The notes: a model not told the origin generated them from the letters alone. A DNA stretch of 64,000 nucleotides from Vicugna vicugna (GCA_013265495.1 MU058781.1:7917009-7981008), one strand, 5' to 3'; numbered from the stretch's first letter, positions 1 to 14,169 are shown. Numbers and translations: made by a program.

Positions 1-3000
1 GAGACTGCACATCCAAAGCAACTCATCAGGAGTCCCTAGTTATAAGCCATCAAAGAAAGTCATAAAACTGTACAGAAAAAGTAAGTGATCAGGATGGGCA
101 GGGTTAGAAAGAGAAGACGGTAGTTACGTGAGCCTGTATTCTGAAATGACAGACATGGGTTCAAGGAAACATGGTGGCAAATGTGAGACCACAGGGGAAT
201 TTGCGGCTTTAAGAGGCTAAAGGTGAGCTTGGACAATGTAGAGAAATGAGGCAGGATAAAAGGGGCTATCCACAGTAGCTGAAGAAGAATCTTCAACAGT
301 CACTAGGTTTGAAACATTCCTATTTGTCCTAATGGACAATTAGCAGCTCTTGAGGGAGGTGGCAATTTGACTATGACCTTGACACACACGCTGAATAATA
401 TTTTAGGTTACTGGGTCCTATTATGGGGAGAGGCTTAAAAAAGGAAAGGACTAACCAGAAAGCTGTTGTTACAACATAGGTAAGAGGTGACGAACGTGGT
501 AAGAACAGCAGAGGACTGCGCATGATGTGAGCTCTGGAGTGAAGGAAAAAATCAACACCTTCTAGCACTTCCTTCCCTGAACTAGCTGAAGCCTGAACAG
601 CCAAGCCAATGCCCACCTTTTAGTGAAAGGCTCTGCCCTCACCGATCATGTAAATGCTCGGTACAGAGAGTTAAAATGAAACTTCTCACATTTTAACACC
701 TCAGTGTGAATCCATTTGCTTGTTTTTCCTAGAGTAGATGTCCACAGGGGATTGTCCGAGCCCTAAGTGGGCAGCAATCACAACTAAAATCAGAGAAGGA
801 CTTGGAAGGAGAGCCTAGGTCTGGTGCTGAATCTCAGTCTTGTAAACAGTTTTGCCCGGGGCTGCCTTGAGGATGACGATGAAGATGGTGCCAACAACGT
901 TCTGAATAACTGAACGTGAGAGTGGTTGATGATCTTAGTTGCCTCAGGATTTAAAAACTCATGTTTTAAATGTCATATGGTGTAAATATATGCTGATGTC
1001 CAAACAACGCTTCCCCAGGCACATGGTTTTGCTTTGGGGGGAATTCAGCCCTTGTGCGCATCCCTGCTCCTCTGTGTGAACAAATTCTAGCTTCAACCCA
1101 GTTCTGCCTTGCACTTCTCTGACTCATGTCTTTTTAGCTTCATCTCCCTCCCTCACTTGAGATAACCCATTATTATCGTCTCAGTTTATCTACGAAACGT
1201 GTTTTAACGTACAGGTAGAAATTGAAGTGGGCTGTCAACGCTACTATGGACTGATACGTTCTAGAATAAGTACATGCAAGACATTGCCTCAGTGTGGAAG
1301 GCAGCCTCTTTGCATCTGCAGCCATCCCTGCTAATGCTAAATTGTGTTCTTTGGATTAACTTAACACTTTTGTTATTTAAAAGATGATGTGCTCATGCTT
1401 TGAGCCCCCATCTCCGGTGAAAGCTCTCCAGGCTTCTTTTTTCACCTCTGCAACCCTCATCGCACCCACACATCTCTTCACTTAGGAAAAGACTCGAGTT
1501 TTCTGAGCTTAACCACAAACTCCTCATCATGGGTGGAATTGCTGGCTCTTTTTTGGAAGTGATCACTTTACAGCGTATGACACTTCCAGCAATTATGTTT
1601 ATAATCAATTAATAGGGGAGGGCGAATGAGGGACACTCAGAGACGCTCTTGAGTACACAGTGAACATGACTGAGTTAGATCCCACAACTTGGAAGTTGGT
1701 ATACACTTGAAAAAGATTCACGCGTGTTGCTCTTGAGTCCCTGTTCACCAACTCGTGTTATAAAATAAGGTCCCATTTTCCAAATGAATTGTTCTGAACA
1801 CCAGGCCCTCCCCTTCCTGCTCATAGCTGAATTCCATTCAGCACCTAGGATGAAGCTCTCTAAGTAATTTCTGGGGACCTCAAGGAACTCAGTCCCATTC
1901 ATCCCTGACTCTGTCCTCTCCACCGCTTGCCTTTCGCCTGTCGTCACACAGCTCCAGCACATCCTGCTCCTGTGGCGGCATGAACCACAGAATCACAACA
2001 TCAACAGGTCCAGTTAATACCACCTCTGTGGTATGGGCTGCAACCACCCTCATTTCTTCTCCTACTCGCCTTACTTCATACCCTGTGCATTTTCACACAT
2101 CTGCTGTGGCATTCAAACATGAAATCACTTCACATATCTGTTCCCTTTGTCTAGAATGCCCTTTCTACTTTGTATGCGCCTTGTTCACATAGACGGCCAC
2201 TGAAATCGCAGCTAAATTGTTTATCTCCTCCATCACATTATCCCTGACTCCCAAAATCAACCACACACCCTATACCCTCCTTTCTCCAGTCCCTACTGTG
2301 CACCTCTGATATAACATGTGTCACACTGGATTGTAACTGTTTCCTTTCACATTTTTCCCCTTAACTAAAGAGATCATGAGATCCTTGAGGGCAATGAACG
2401 AAGCACAGCTTTATAGGAATCTGTGATCAGTGAGGCGGACCCATTTAGGCATTTTCAGCTTACCAATAACCAAGCCTTTTGCTCATTAGTTTTTTTTTTC
2501 TTTTAAAAAGGGGGTTTTCGTTGTTCTCAATTAGAATGAGCTTTATATCATGACTTAGAATTCGACGCTGATTCAGCCCAAACCACATTCTGAGAAAATC
2601 TGCTTGAAGTTTTCTGTGGCTATTAAATTAGCGCATCTGGTAACAGCAGAGAGGAGAGGGCTACGGTATTTAAGGTCAGTTGCACGGTGGATAAGAGAGG
2701 TGGGTAAAATTAACTTACCTATTTAAATGTTCCAGAAAATTTGAAAAACTAAGCTGTCCATAAAAAAAAAAAAAAAAAGACTCAGCATAATTTTGCTTAG
2801 AAAATAGCATTATTTCTGCTTGATTTGATTTCGTGTGGTTAAGTTTGGAGAAAATGTTATTTATTATATACACAGCTAGGCTTATGTAATTACCCGCAAA
2901 TGTTCTAGCCTAGTACATACAGCCAGCAACACGGTTGCTTGTTGCATCCACTTGGAAAAGAGAGGAAAAAATTAGCCATGTAATAGTTAATTCAATTTAT

Positions 3001-4285
3001 AAAATTAAATGTGTATTGAAAATAGGCCTGGTAAATATTATGCCATCTGCACATGCTCAAACAGTGAGCCTGGTTAATATTTTATAGTTTATCTGATAAA
3101 GTTAACAAAAGAATTTAGTCAGAGTGGAGACATACACTGAATATTTCATCACCTTCTTAATTGCAGAATACAGACAAGACATTTTTTTCCCTTTGGGAAA
3201 AATAAATGTTAAAAGTTATTACAGATTGAATCAGTTTGGCAATTAGGTTGAGATCCAACTGAAACCAAGCAGAAATTGATGGCTGCAAACATCACAATAC
3301 CAAAGTATTTTCAGCCAACTCCATCAATTTACATGATGAAGCAGAAACGCTGATAGCAATGCTGTGTTACCCAGCTAGCAGAGGTTATATTAACACAGAA
3401 GAAAAATTGGCTTTGTGCCTTTTTTCCCCAATAGTTAATTCACAGCCATCAAGGGCTGTCATTCTTATGCACAGCCGACAATATGATATACCTAAGGCTT
3501 TTCATTCTGACTTCTGATTTAAAGGTCTTCAGCTTGTGCTGTGGACCTTAACCTTGAAGCCAAGTGCAAATTAGCTTTAAATCAATGAAGCTGATTAAAG
3601 CTTCATTGTGGTGGAGCCCTTAATAGGAGAAGGGAGGGGAAGGAACCACTTGAAAACAGCAAAAGACTGGCCTCTCTTAACTTGGAACATATGTAATGCT
3701 TTTCAGCTCTCCTCTACCCTGACAGAACCATGAATGGTTTTAAGGCTATTTACCTGCTAAGAGAATGGAACCAAATTTTCCAATTCAGTGGAAGAGGCCA
3801 AGTGAGAATCAAAGGTACTTTTCACCAGTACAAGAATACAAAAGGTTATTTTTAAAGAAGTAAAGAGGGGAACATCAAAACACCTCCCCAGTAGAAACCC
3901 AGAGAACCGAGTTTCTCGTGCGTGAAAAAAATTCTTATATTTTAAAAGTACTTTGAGCTTCTGCTTATTTTTGTTTGGTTTGGTATTTTAAGATGTACCG
4001 TTTCGCAAAAAGAGGTAGTTGCCAACTTCTGACCATCAAGGAAAAAACGTCTTTCCTTCCTCACAAATGAACAGATCTCCCCAAAATATGGCTAAGAAGT
4101 TCTCTGCTTTGAAAGTGGCCAGAATAAACTCCAGCCAACAGGCAGGACCATTTGTTTATCCACACCCACCATCAGCACCACCCACCCAGAGCCACCGAAA
4201 CTCTGCCCAAGGGATTTACCAATTCTTCCCCATTTCCTCATGGCTATCAGAGTCTAGGCAAATTCAGTTTTAACCAAAGATAGCT

Positions 4286-4388
4286 CTTTTTTTAATTGAA
4301 GTATAGTTGATTTACAATGTTTCAGGTACAGCAAAGTGATTCAACTATATTATTTTTCAGATTCTTTTCCATTATAGGTTATTACAGG
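4286..4388 (-). mobile_element. Short L1 3'-end fragment, cetartiodactyl type
   Basis: TTTTTTTAATTGAAGTATAGTTGATTTACAATGTT...CAGATTCTTTTCCATTATAGGTTATTAC resembles the reverse complement of the L1 3' terminus common in cetartiodactyls (recalled consensus). Confidence 0.75.
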
Positions 4389-5834
4389 GTAATAAGAAAT
4401 TAGTCACTTTCATCTAACTAACTGCCTAAAAACATGCTAATAGTCACCAAAGGTAGAGAAGTATCCATTTTAAAACCATGTACACTAAAAACAGAGAACA
4501 CCCTTCCCCACTTCTGAAAGTTAAAGCTACTTCTTATACGCATCTCTAGGTTCATATTTTATCCTGCATAAACTTCCAAGGTAAGACCGTAAGGAACCAC
4601 AGAGAACTGAACAGGCCAATGAAAACAGGAAAAGAGCAGAGAATGGAGACGGAGGAGGCAGGGGATGCTAGGAAAGGAGATAGAAAGAAAGAGAAAGGGA
4701 CAAGTGACTAAGGAAAAAAGATGACAGAGAATGAGCTGAGATCAAGTGTAATGTTTCCCCAAGATGAGGGTGAGTGGCATGCGATGGAGGATAGCCCTGC
4801 TCTGCACAAACTCAAGGTTACGTGGTTCTTTCCACCTACTGAGCTGTGGCTACACAACCCGAGGGGCACAGAAAAGACAGGAGAGAAGGCTGAGGCCTCA
4901 GCATGACTAGACAGCCAGAACTTGATAATCATCAAGATTTCTAAAACCACAACTGCCCTCTGCCATCAACCAGATGTCATGAGAGCAATCCAATTATCTG
5001 CGAGACGCTGACCTCTCTGGAAAGAGGTACCATTTAAATGCAATCTGTTATTACTGATGGGGGAGGGGATGACGACAACAAGGGAGATGACTGTTTCCAT
5101 CCAGGATCTCCTGAGCTGGAACTACCTGCGTCAATGAAGCCCAAGCTGTTTTCAAGTCTCATTAATGCCTGCCTGTAATTAATCATTTAAAATAATCCCT
5201 AGAAAGCATTTTAGAGGGTGCTGATAAAATGCAAAGCAGTTTTAAATAATTCAGAGTACCTGTCATCTGACTGTGGGAAAAATCACAGACACTTTTTATA
5301 CCCTCACTTCATTGGCTAACAAGCCACTCATTTGGATCCATCACATCTGTGTCTAGGACTAACCTTACAAAGTAGACAGGGCGTCAAGATGGCATAATTC
5401 AAGAAACTTCCCTGGCCCCGAAATACCTCCCTTGTCCAGATATAAAAATACTCAACAATCTGTCATTAAAGGTCTGTTCCTCTGGGTTTCTCAGCAACTT
5501 GATCTCTATTTTTATAATGCAGGTGCTTCTGGATTTCATCAAGAAATTCACCTATCAAAATGATAATAATAAAATAAAAATCCAGTTAGTAATTCAACAA
5601 AATTCTGAGTACCTGAATGTGCTACACAATTTTCTAAGTGTGGGAACAGAATTGTGAATTAACTTAACAAAAAATTTCGAACTTAAGAGGATTTTAGATT
5701 CTGAAGGGGCAGAAAAAATTCTAATGTCATTATTAAAAAAAAAAAAAAAAATTCAGCTTTCTTTGTCTCCTAAAAATACCAACGGCTCTGTTATCTGATT
5801 TTTTTGACCACTTTGAGGAGGGCCTCCCCCCTTA

Positions 5835-5895
5835 NNNNNNNNNNNNNNNNNNNNNNNNNNNNNNNNNNNNNNNNNNNNNNNNNNNNNNNNNNNNN
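5835..5895. other. Assembly gap (61 N)
   Basis: Run of N seen directly. Confidence 1.
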
Positions 5896-8800
5896 CAGCT
5901 ATCTTTGTATCCTAAAAATAGCTACGGCTCTGTTATCTGATGTTTTTGACCACTTTGAGGAGGGACTCCCGGCTTACACAGGTTGATTAGGCATCTAAAA
6001 ACCTGGGATGGCACCACAGTCAAAGGCATTTTGAAAAACAAAACACAAATAAAAGAGAGTAGCAGGCCCCTCAAACAAAAATCTTTCACTGCAAGACTTG
6101 GCTCACCCAGGGCTGTTTTAAAGATCTAGCAGTAAAATAGGTGAGTGGTTTGTCTCCTCCCACTTATTTCTGAATCTCAGTTTTCAGCCACAGAATTAGA
6201 GGAAGGAAGCAGTTCTGGAACTGCCATCAGGGGGACTAGGGACCAGGACACACACCCTCCCATCCAGTCATTGGCACACTCATTGCGAAAATTCCTCCTT
6301 CATCACCAAACTGCTCTCCTACAGAGTCAGAGCCCTCACACCTGCCAGAGAGCACAGCGAGGGTGAGCATCTTCCCAAGGACCTGCTGCACGTCCTTCCA
6401 CGTGAAGGTGCCAGCAAACTCCCACAACTTTTTAATCCCTCTGTGCATCATGGAAAGCAAAGAGAAACTTGTTTGAGCTTTGAAATCCTGGAGAGGAAAT
6501 AGGCTAGCCTTCCACAGACCTAGACAGAGTCCAACGGTTGGTTACAAGACAATTACTTCATAGCTGCACAGGCTGAGGTGGGTTGTCAGACAAGCTGAGT
6601 TTCTCACCTAAGAAAGACCACCCAAACACCATCCCCAGGTGCCCTGCCACTGACAAAGATGACAAAGAGCAAGCACGTTCTGCCCACTTTTCTTTGGTAT
6701 ATTGGAAACCCCTGTGTGTCACCAAGTGGTTTCTGAGTGTGTGCACATCTGTAGATGTGTGTGTGTGTGTTGCTATCCAACTATGTGTAGATACACTCAG
6801 GGATAGACAGGGATATGCCCAACAGGACCACTCAATGTATGACAAGGACTCATCTGCATCCTGCCAGCACTGCGAGCTGGCTGCACGCTCCTGTGTAACA
6901 AGCATGCCCTGTCACCCACACCAGTGGATACGCACTGTCCAGAGAAATTAGACTGAATCATGGTGTGAGAAGCATCATTTCAAGTATCTTTAAGCTCAGA
7001 ATCAACAAAGTTTCTGTTAGCAGGTTTGGAAGATGCTCTTCTGTGTCTTCTCCTCATCTCCTTATACTATCTACATCCCTGTAACTCACCACTCTCCCTA
7101 CCCAATATGTGACTCTGCGTCTCCCACTGTGTTTTTAACTCAGTCTAGGACTTCTGTTTCCAGACAGGTTTCAAATGTGGTTCAACTGACATCGAAATGC
7201 CCGTGAATCCTCCCGGCTCTTGCCTCCCTCTTCTGCAGTCCACATGTCATCCTACGTGTTTCCGCTGAGAAAGTTTCAAGTGCATCCATCAGCACTTAGC
7301 TTCTGACTTGGAACATCTAGACGAAGCTAGGACAAACTCCAGACTGATGCTAGTGGCAGGTCACCTGCCTCCTCCCCACAGGAAGACATGTTTACGGATA
7401 ACAAAGGCCACCATCCAAGGAGGCAGGTTTTTGAGAGCAGCAGCAGGACCATGGGAAGTTGGTAACTTCGTGGTCGTACTCTACCAGATGGCAAGGAAGT
7501 GTGGATTGCTCTCAGCAGCCACTACCCGGTGGGAAGATATTTTACTCTTGACTCCCCAGTGACACTAAAGAATGTGAGTTCTTCTATCTATTCTCTGAAT
7601 AAGAGCTCCACAAACCCCCTCTGGGGTGGTTTTTTTCAACAGTAAAATGTACCATCAGTCTGCTCATCAAACAATTTAAAGTTAGTCTGTGCTCTTGTCT
7701 GTACGATTCTTCAGGAGCAGGTAGCCATTTTAAAACGCAGGGTGATTGACAAAATCTCTTCCCAAGCAGCTTATGAAAAGGAAGAGAAACCAACTAAGAT
7801 GACATTGCCTGTATGAGTCAGCAATAGGGAAAACAAATTGATTTTCAAAGATAAAGCTTCTTCTAGAACAAATTCGGTATATAGCAATTGGAATAACAGA
7901 CTTTGTGTGCTCTTAAAATAATGTGAGTAACAGAGATGAAACATTGAAGCAGAAAGTCTTCCTTCACAGATGCTACTTAAGAATCTTGAACCCCAGAATT
8001 AAAATGTAAACATGTCAGTGCCTTTTTACATCCCTTCCACCCCATCCCGTTCTTCAAAAAAAAAAAAAAAGGTATTCCTATGATACAGGAAAAGATACCA
8101 CAGAACATCAAAATCTACGGGACATATCAGTGTTTATCAGCTAATTAGATTTGGTAAAAGGTTTCTTACGTCTATTTGATTTTTGGGTTGGCATAGGAAC
8201 TTTAACAGTCTCTAAATATCTTTCAAATATTTAAAATAAGTTCAAATCAGCTACAGATGCAAAGGTTGTTTATATGATCAAACATTGCGTAAGTGATGGA
8301 AAATAAAATTACTGGCATCCTAACCTACATAAAATATAGAGGAACCTCAAAATACAAAGAGCAGTGTAACTGCTTGCCCTTGACTTGGGGGACTATTATC
8401 TGCTCTCTCCTCACTCCATCTGGGCCCCAACTTAAAACAGCACTTGAAATAAAGTGAACCACACTGGGAGTACAGCAGAGTATGGAAAGCAGTTTCGGAT
8501 AATTTTTTCTTGTAAGTGTAGGTCACATTGATCTTACTTAATCATTTAAAGAAATTTTAAGAATTTGACCAAAACCTGAATCTATTCTGTTGCATCTGAT
8601 AGCTCTGACAAGAAAAATCATCTTATCTGTGTGAAGGGCACCACACAGGAAACATTTATTTCCAAAAAAAAAAAAAAAAAAAAAAGGAGGGGGGAAGATT
8701 TATATTTAGAAAATACATAAGTAGTAAATTTCAAAACTGAGAAAAATATGGGGTTTCTCCTTCTAGGAATTTGTGAATAACCTCCATACAAAGTACCCCA

Positions 8801-9356
8801 AAAGCTTCCTTTGTTTTAAAATGGACATTCTTGGGATTCGAACACCAGTCAATGAAGAAATCCTATGTTGACAGTACAAGAAAAGTAAAGAAATTAACCT
8901 TCCCTTGGTAGAAGGTTCCATACCCATGGAAGAAAAGTAAGAGTGCTTGGAGGAGGGGGAAGGGGGAAAAAGAGCCCCGGTGAGTTTAATAAGTGCCATT
9001 ATTGCCGAGAAGTCTAAAAGGGCGATAATACAAACCACGAGAGAAGTGCAGTAGGGCAGCTACTCAAAATCTGTTTTTCACATGTTTAGTGCAGAAACAA
9101 CGGCTCTTACAAGAAAGGTCAATCCACCCACACGTTCATCTCCAATCAAGCAGGGCTTTGAGAATCCAAGTATGATTGCAAATCTCTCGCGTGCCAAGAT
9201 GGAGGGGTTTTTCATTTCAATCTATTACTACCAGCATTTTACATTCATTACGGTCAGGGGTTGAAGGGCATACTAGGTATTTGGCTGGTGCTGAATTCCA
9301 GCACTGCCTTCACGACACCAGAATAGAATTAACATATTAACACACGCTGCATGCGT

Positions 9357-9395
<39 letters not shown>

Positions 9396-9406
9396 AAAAA
9401 AAAAAA
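9357..9406. repeat. (CA)n microsatellite followed by poly(A)
   Basis: About 17 CA units then A16, seen directly. Confidence 0.95.
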
Positions 9407-9684
9407 CATGAAGCATCTGACTTACTCTTGCCCAGATAATGAGATTCAGACTTAGGGTTCCCCTCTCCAACCTTACTTCAACCCTCAGACTCTCACAGGG
9501 GTCTCTCAGCACGCCGGAGCTTGCTGTGTGCACCGTAATAACAAGGCACAGCAGGGTGAGTCAAGAGCAAAATGCAATTAGCAGAGGCTGTCCTTGCTTT
9601 TGTAAATTTAAGTCAGACCCTGAAACTTTCTTTACAGGAACACCTGTGGTTAGGCCTTAATTTCCTCTTAAAAATAGTTCAAGT

Positions 9685-10410
9685 ACTTTAAGTTATCAAA
9701 TATAATACACAGAGAAAAATGCATAAAACAAATGTACACCTTAATGAACTCTCGAAGTGAATAACAACATAACCCGCACTCTGGGCAAGAAATAACAGTC
9801 CCAGACTTACCCCTTCTTGAATTGAAAAAACAAAACAAAACAAAACAAAAATACCTCCCTCCCTACAGCTGTAACCAATATCCCCGAAATGCACTCTAGC
9901 TCTTTGCTTAGCGTTAAGGCTTTATCATATAATTATGCATACCTAAAATACGGTTGAGTTATGCCTGGTTTTTAATTGATGAAATTCAACTCACACAGAA
10001 TATATTTCATCATGTCTGGCTTTTTCCCTCAATATTGTATCTTTAAGATGATCCACATTCTTTTGTGCGTGTGTGTAATTTGTTCATTTTGTATCGCTGC
10101 ATACTATTTCAACACACAAATGTATCACAATGGACTTATTCATTTGAATGTCAACAGGCATTTGGAATATACTTGTCTATCCCTCTACAGCACAGCTTTG
10201 AAAGGTCTTAGCCATATTCTGAAAAACATAAGCAGAAGTTTATGGGGGATACACACGTAAGAGTGGAATTACTGGATCATTTGGTATATGTATATTTAGT
10301 TTTACTAGACATCGTCAAAATTTTTCCAAAGTTTCCATCCACCCAGCAATGCAGAGGAGTTCTTGTTTTTTCACATTCCCAACAACACTTAGGTTTGTTT
10401 TTTGGTTTTT
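9685..10410 (-). mobile_element. Ancient L1 (L1ME-like) 3' region
   Basis: Degenerate antisense L1 motifs, e.g. GAGTGGAATTACTGGATCATTTGGTAT and CCCAGCAATGCAGAGGAGTTCTTGTTTTTTCACATTCCCAACAACACTT. Confidence 0.7.
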
Positions 10411-11524
10411 GCAGTTCTGGGTGTCACCCCTTTCCTTTGTAAGTGGAATAATCTGAGGGAGAAGCTCTCATTGGACTTTTTGAACCTCTTATAACCCATA
10501 ATCACTGACCCATTCTAAAGGTCATCAAAACTTCCTCTATCTTGTCACTGTGCACTAGTAGGGAGCCCTTCAATTTATAATTCATGTAAGTAATAACTTG
10601 TATTAGTTCTAAGGGAGCTATTACACTTTAAAAAAAAACCTGGACAAAAGTCCCAAGAAAAGAGACTAAATTATATCTAAGATCCAGGAGACTTATATCT
10701 AAGATGGGGGAAGAACAAAGCAGTCCTGCATTATCTATAAATCAAATAAATAAACACCAGATTCTGTAAAAAAAAAAAATCAGATCTTATTAATGCGGCT
10801 GAAAAAGTCAATCACAATGAAAAATAAATCTGAAAAAAAGCAGTGTGGGAATATAGGGCTTAAATAAAGAAAAAGCCTTCTCTTCCTTTCTGTCTCCTCC
10901 TGCACACAGACACACACACACAGTATCACTCACCACCTCCAGCACTAATTAGTCACTGACTTCTTTCCCTGGAACTGCTGACAAGTTCCAGCTGAATACA
11001 TCTTTAAAAATAAAACAAAATTATTTGAATATGAGTTAATATTTTTTCAAATGATTGAGGTCCATATACACAGAGCTATACCCCAAATGGGCATTTTCTC
11101 CACAAGGCTGCTGCTGGACAGAGCTCTGTATGAAGATTCCAAATGTGTTTCCTAAACAACTCTTCTGTTTTCTATGCAGAAAACTGACAAAAACAGTACA
11201 TTTTTATGTAAAGGCATCAACTTGATATCATCAACAGATACCTCTTAATCCTTCATAAAGCATTTGTTCTGCAGGTTTTCAAAATCAAGACTTTGATATT
11301 CCTTACCTAGGTCTATTTACCCTTAGAATTAATCAGAAATTCAATTCATTCCTTATTTTGGAGATAACTTACCATTGTGTATTTCATCTCTCTGGCAAGA
11401 TCCTACAATATGTAGATTAGATCAATAGTTAGCTGGGAGGTGAAATATGAATTGATTGCCTTCTGACATGAATTCATTTGCAAACACAAGTAAGAGATTT
11501 TAGGTGGTATTAATAGAAAATGGG

Positions 11525-11676
11525 CTGGTGGTTCACACTTATCATATTTATCTGGGGGAGAATTTTTAAATGCACATATCTTAAAAATTCTGATTCAGCA
11601 GCACTGGAGTATCATATTTATTTTTTAAAATTCACCCTGGTGACTCTGAAACCTAGTCAATGTTTAAAATCCAACG
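11525..11676. mobile_element. MER5-family (hAT-Charlie) MITE remnant
   Basis: GTGGTTC start, AATTCTGATTCAGCAG core and CCCTGGTGACTCTGA near the end, as in MER5 consensus; degraded. Confidence 0.55.
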
Positions 11677-13071
11677 AAATAAGGAGGAAGAAAAAATATG
11701 GAAAAAATTAAGTGCCAAAGGACCAATCTCTTCCGTTTGAGACTTTCTAGAGGTTATTAACATTAGAGTTAGTATTTCATATTTATGGTATGAAATACAC
11801 ATAGTACTCCTCCCACTTTCTCCCTTCCCCTCCCAGCCAATCTAATAAAGAAATACGACCACGAATTTGTCGGTCTGAACCCTATTTCTGTTTACAAGAG
11901 CTATATTTCAGTTGAGCTCACTTTTCCCTTTTCCACAACACGTCGGACTTTATTTCTGAGGGTTTATTAAATGCGTTCCACTAGGTTCTAGTTTATAATA
12001 ACTCTGTTCTGCATAAACCCACTATATCCAAACATTTGTGCTTTTTTTCAAATATGAAAGAACTGAGGAACCAAACTGATCAAATGTTACTTTTTAAAAA
12101 GCCACAATAATTTTGATGTACCTCTTTCTTTGAAGAAAAATATTGTGTGCTGTTAAAAAATGGGACAGTTCACAACAGAACAAACAAAAATTGAGATAAA
12201 AGCCTGTGTATTTTATCAGTATTACAGATTATAGAAATTTTACTGGGATAATATGCACCATTACCAAGCGAAGTGAATCCAGAATCCAAGTTATACTTTA
12301 TTCAGCCATACACTGACGAGGTTCCTTCCAACCCAGACTGAAAGCAACGGGTCTGTTGAATCCTGCCCAAACTGACCCCAGCCTACCCACTCCAAGGCAG
12401 ACACTGCCAGAGCTAACCATATAATAACGAGGCAAAAAAATAAGCCACTAAATTCAAGCTATAAAATAATTCACTATAACTCTGCATTTTACCTTTTCAA
12501 ATAATATAAACATTTTGTCTTCTAGACCAAATGGTATGGTTTCTATTAAACTATCACATGCTAAAAAAAATGGTCATTCTGAAAGACAATAAAGAACAAA
12601 GCATCAAATGACTGCTATATAGCCAAACTAGAATTTTATGATCAATTCTATAAAAATAATAATTAATCTTTTGAATTCTCAGCAGCAGACACTATGCAGA
12701 ATAAGAGATGACAAGAAACTCATTGATAGCAGATCATTAGAAGGCAATATGCTTTTCTTGAATAATAGCAAAATGTTGTTTCCTTCTCACGAAAAACAAC
12801 AAAACTATTAGCTAAAGCATTATTTGAATGGCCTATTAAAGCCAAGGAACTAATAAAAAAAACATGAGGTTATTATCTTCAATGATTAAAAATCGCCACC
12901 CATTATAAATATATCCAGTAATCTGAAATTGCTTGAAAGGAAATCAGATATATACGCCATTTCCCTAGGACGAAAGCTTATTTCTTTTCCTTTACTGCCA
13001 AAGTACTTTCTCTTTATAAGTAATCTCCCTGACTTTCTTTTCCGCCAATGGAGAAATAAACACAAACATTT

Positions 13072-13879
13072 GGAAATATTTACAAACTAGTGCAGTGATA
13101 CTCAGTCTTCAGAGGAAATAATGTCAATTAAAAAAAAAAAACAAGACATTTCAGTTTTCCAGGTAAAGTCATTCTTATCCCTTCCCTTTGTTCTACACAT
13201 TAAATATACAAAAGCTAAGCCATTATAAGTGAAATAAGATTTTAAAAAGGCACTCAAGATAAAAATTTGATTCTCAAAATGAGAATATGGACTTGTTTTT
13301 CCCCTTGCCAGGTAAGAATGTTATGTGCATTGTTCTCCTTGTGGCCAGCAAATTGAGAAAGGCTTAATATTTTTTTAGCTACATTTGAAATTTTCAAGGG
13401 TCTTCTCTATAATAATTGAAAATAAATTTGTCATAACTTCTTATACTCCTAAATGCAAACAAAAAGTATTATGTTTATAAAGAAGAGCTAGGAAATATTT
13501 ACAAACTAGTGCAGTGATATTCAGTCTTCAGAGGAAATAATGTCAATTTAAAAAAAAAAAACAAGACATTTCAGTTTTCCAGGTAAAGTCATTCTTATCC
13601 CTTCCCTTTGTTCTACACATTAAATATACAAAAGCTAAGCCATTATAAGTGAAATAAGATTTTAAAAAGGCACTCAAGATAAAAATTTGATTCTCAAAAT
13701 GAGAATATGGACTTGTTTTTCCCCTTGCCAGGTAAGAATGTTATGTGCATTGTTCTCCTTGTGGCCAGCAAATTGAGAAAGGCTTAATATTTTTTTAGCT
13801 ACATTTGAAATTTTCAAGGGTCTTCTCTATAATTGAAAATAAATTTGTCATAACTTCTTATACTCCTAAATGCAAACAA
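13072..13879. repeat. Near-identical tandem duplication, period ~419 bp (13072-13462 and 13491-13879)
   Basis: Both copies start GGAAATATTTACAAACTAGTGCAGTGATA and end CTCCTAAATGCAAACAA, with only a few differences. Probably an assembly artefact (see findings). Confidence 0.95.
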
Positions 13880-14169
13880 TGAGTAATAAGTTTAGAAAGC
13901 AGAGTCTTCAGCATATTTATAAAATGTATTTACCGTCATAAGCATGATTGTATAAACCAGTAGCTAAGAGCTAGTGAACTTCTCTGAACCATGTAACATA
14001 AATTTAAGTCTTAATATTGGCTTTTCACTTTGTGACTATTTCTTTAAGCAAAATCTTTGTGTGAGTGTGGTAGAACTAAATATTATGAAAACTATTTCAG
14101 GTGCAAAAGCAAAATGTGCATTTTAAATATTTAAATATATAGCCAAGCTTCCCCCCAAAAATTGATGGC

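Noticed and set aside
13290..13320. Recursive-splice-like motif TTTTTCCCCTTGCCAG|GTAAGA on + (repeated at ~13730)
   Set aside because: Lies on the strand opposite to the inferred leftward transcription, and its repetition is only due to the probable false duplication; nothing else supports it.
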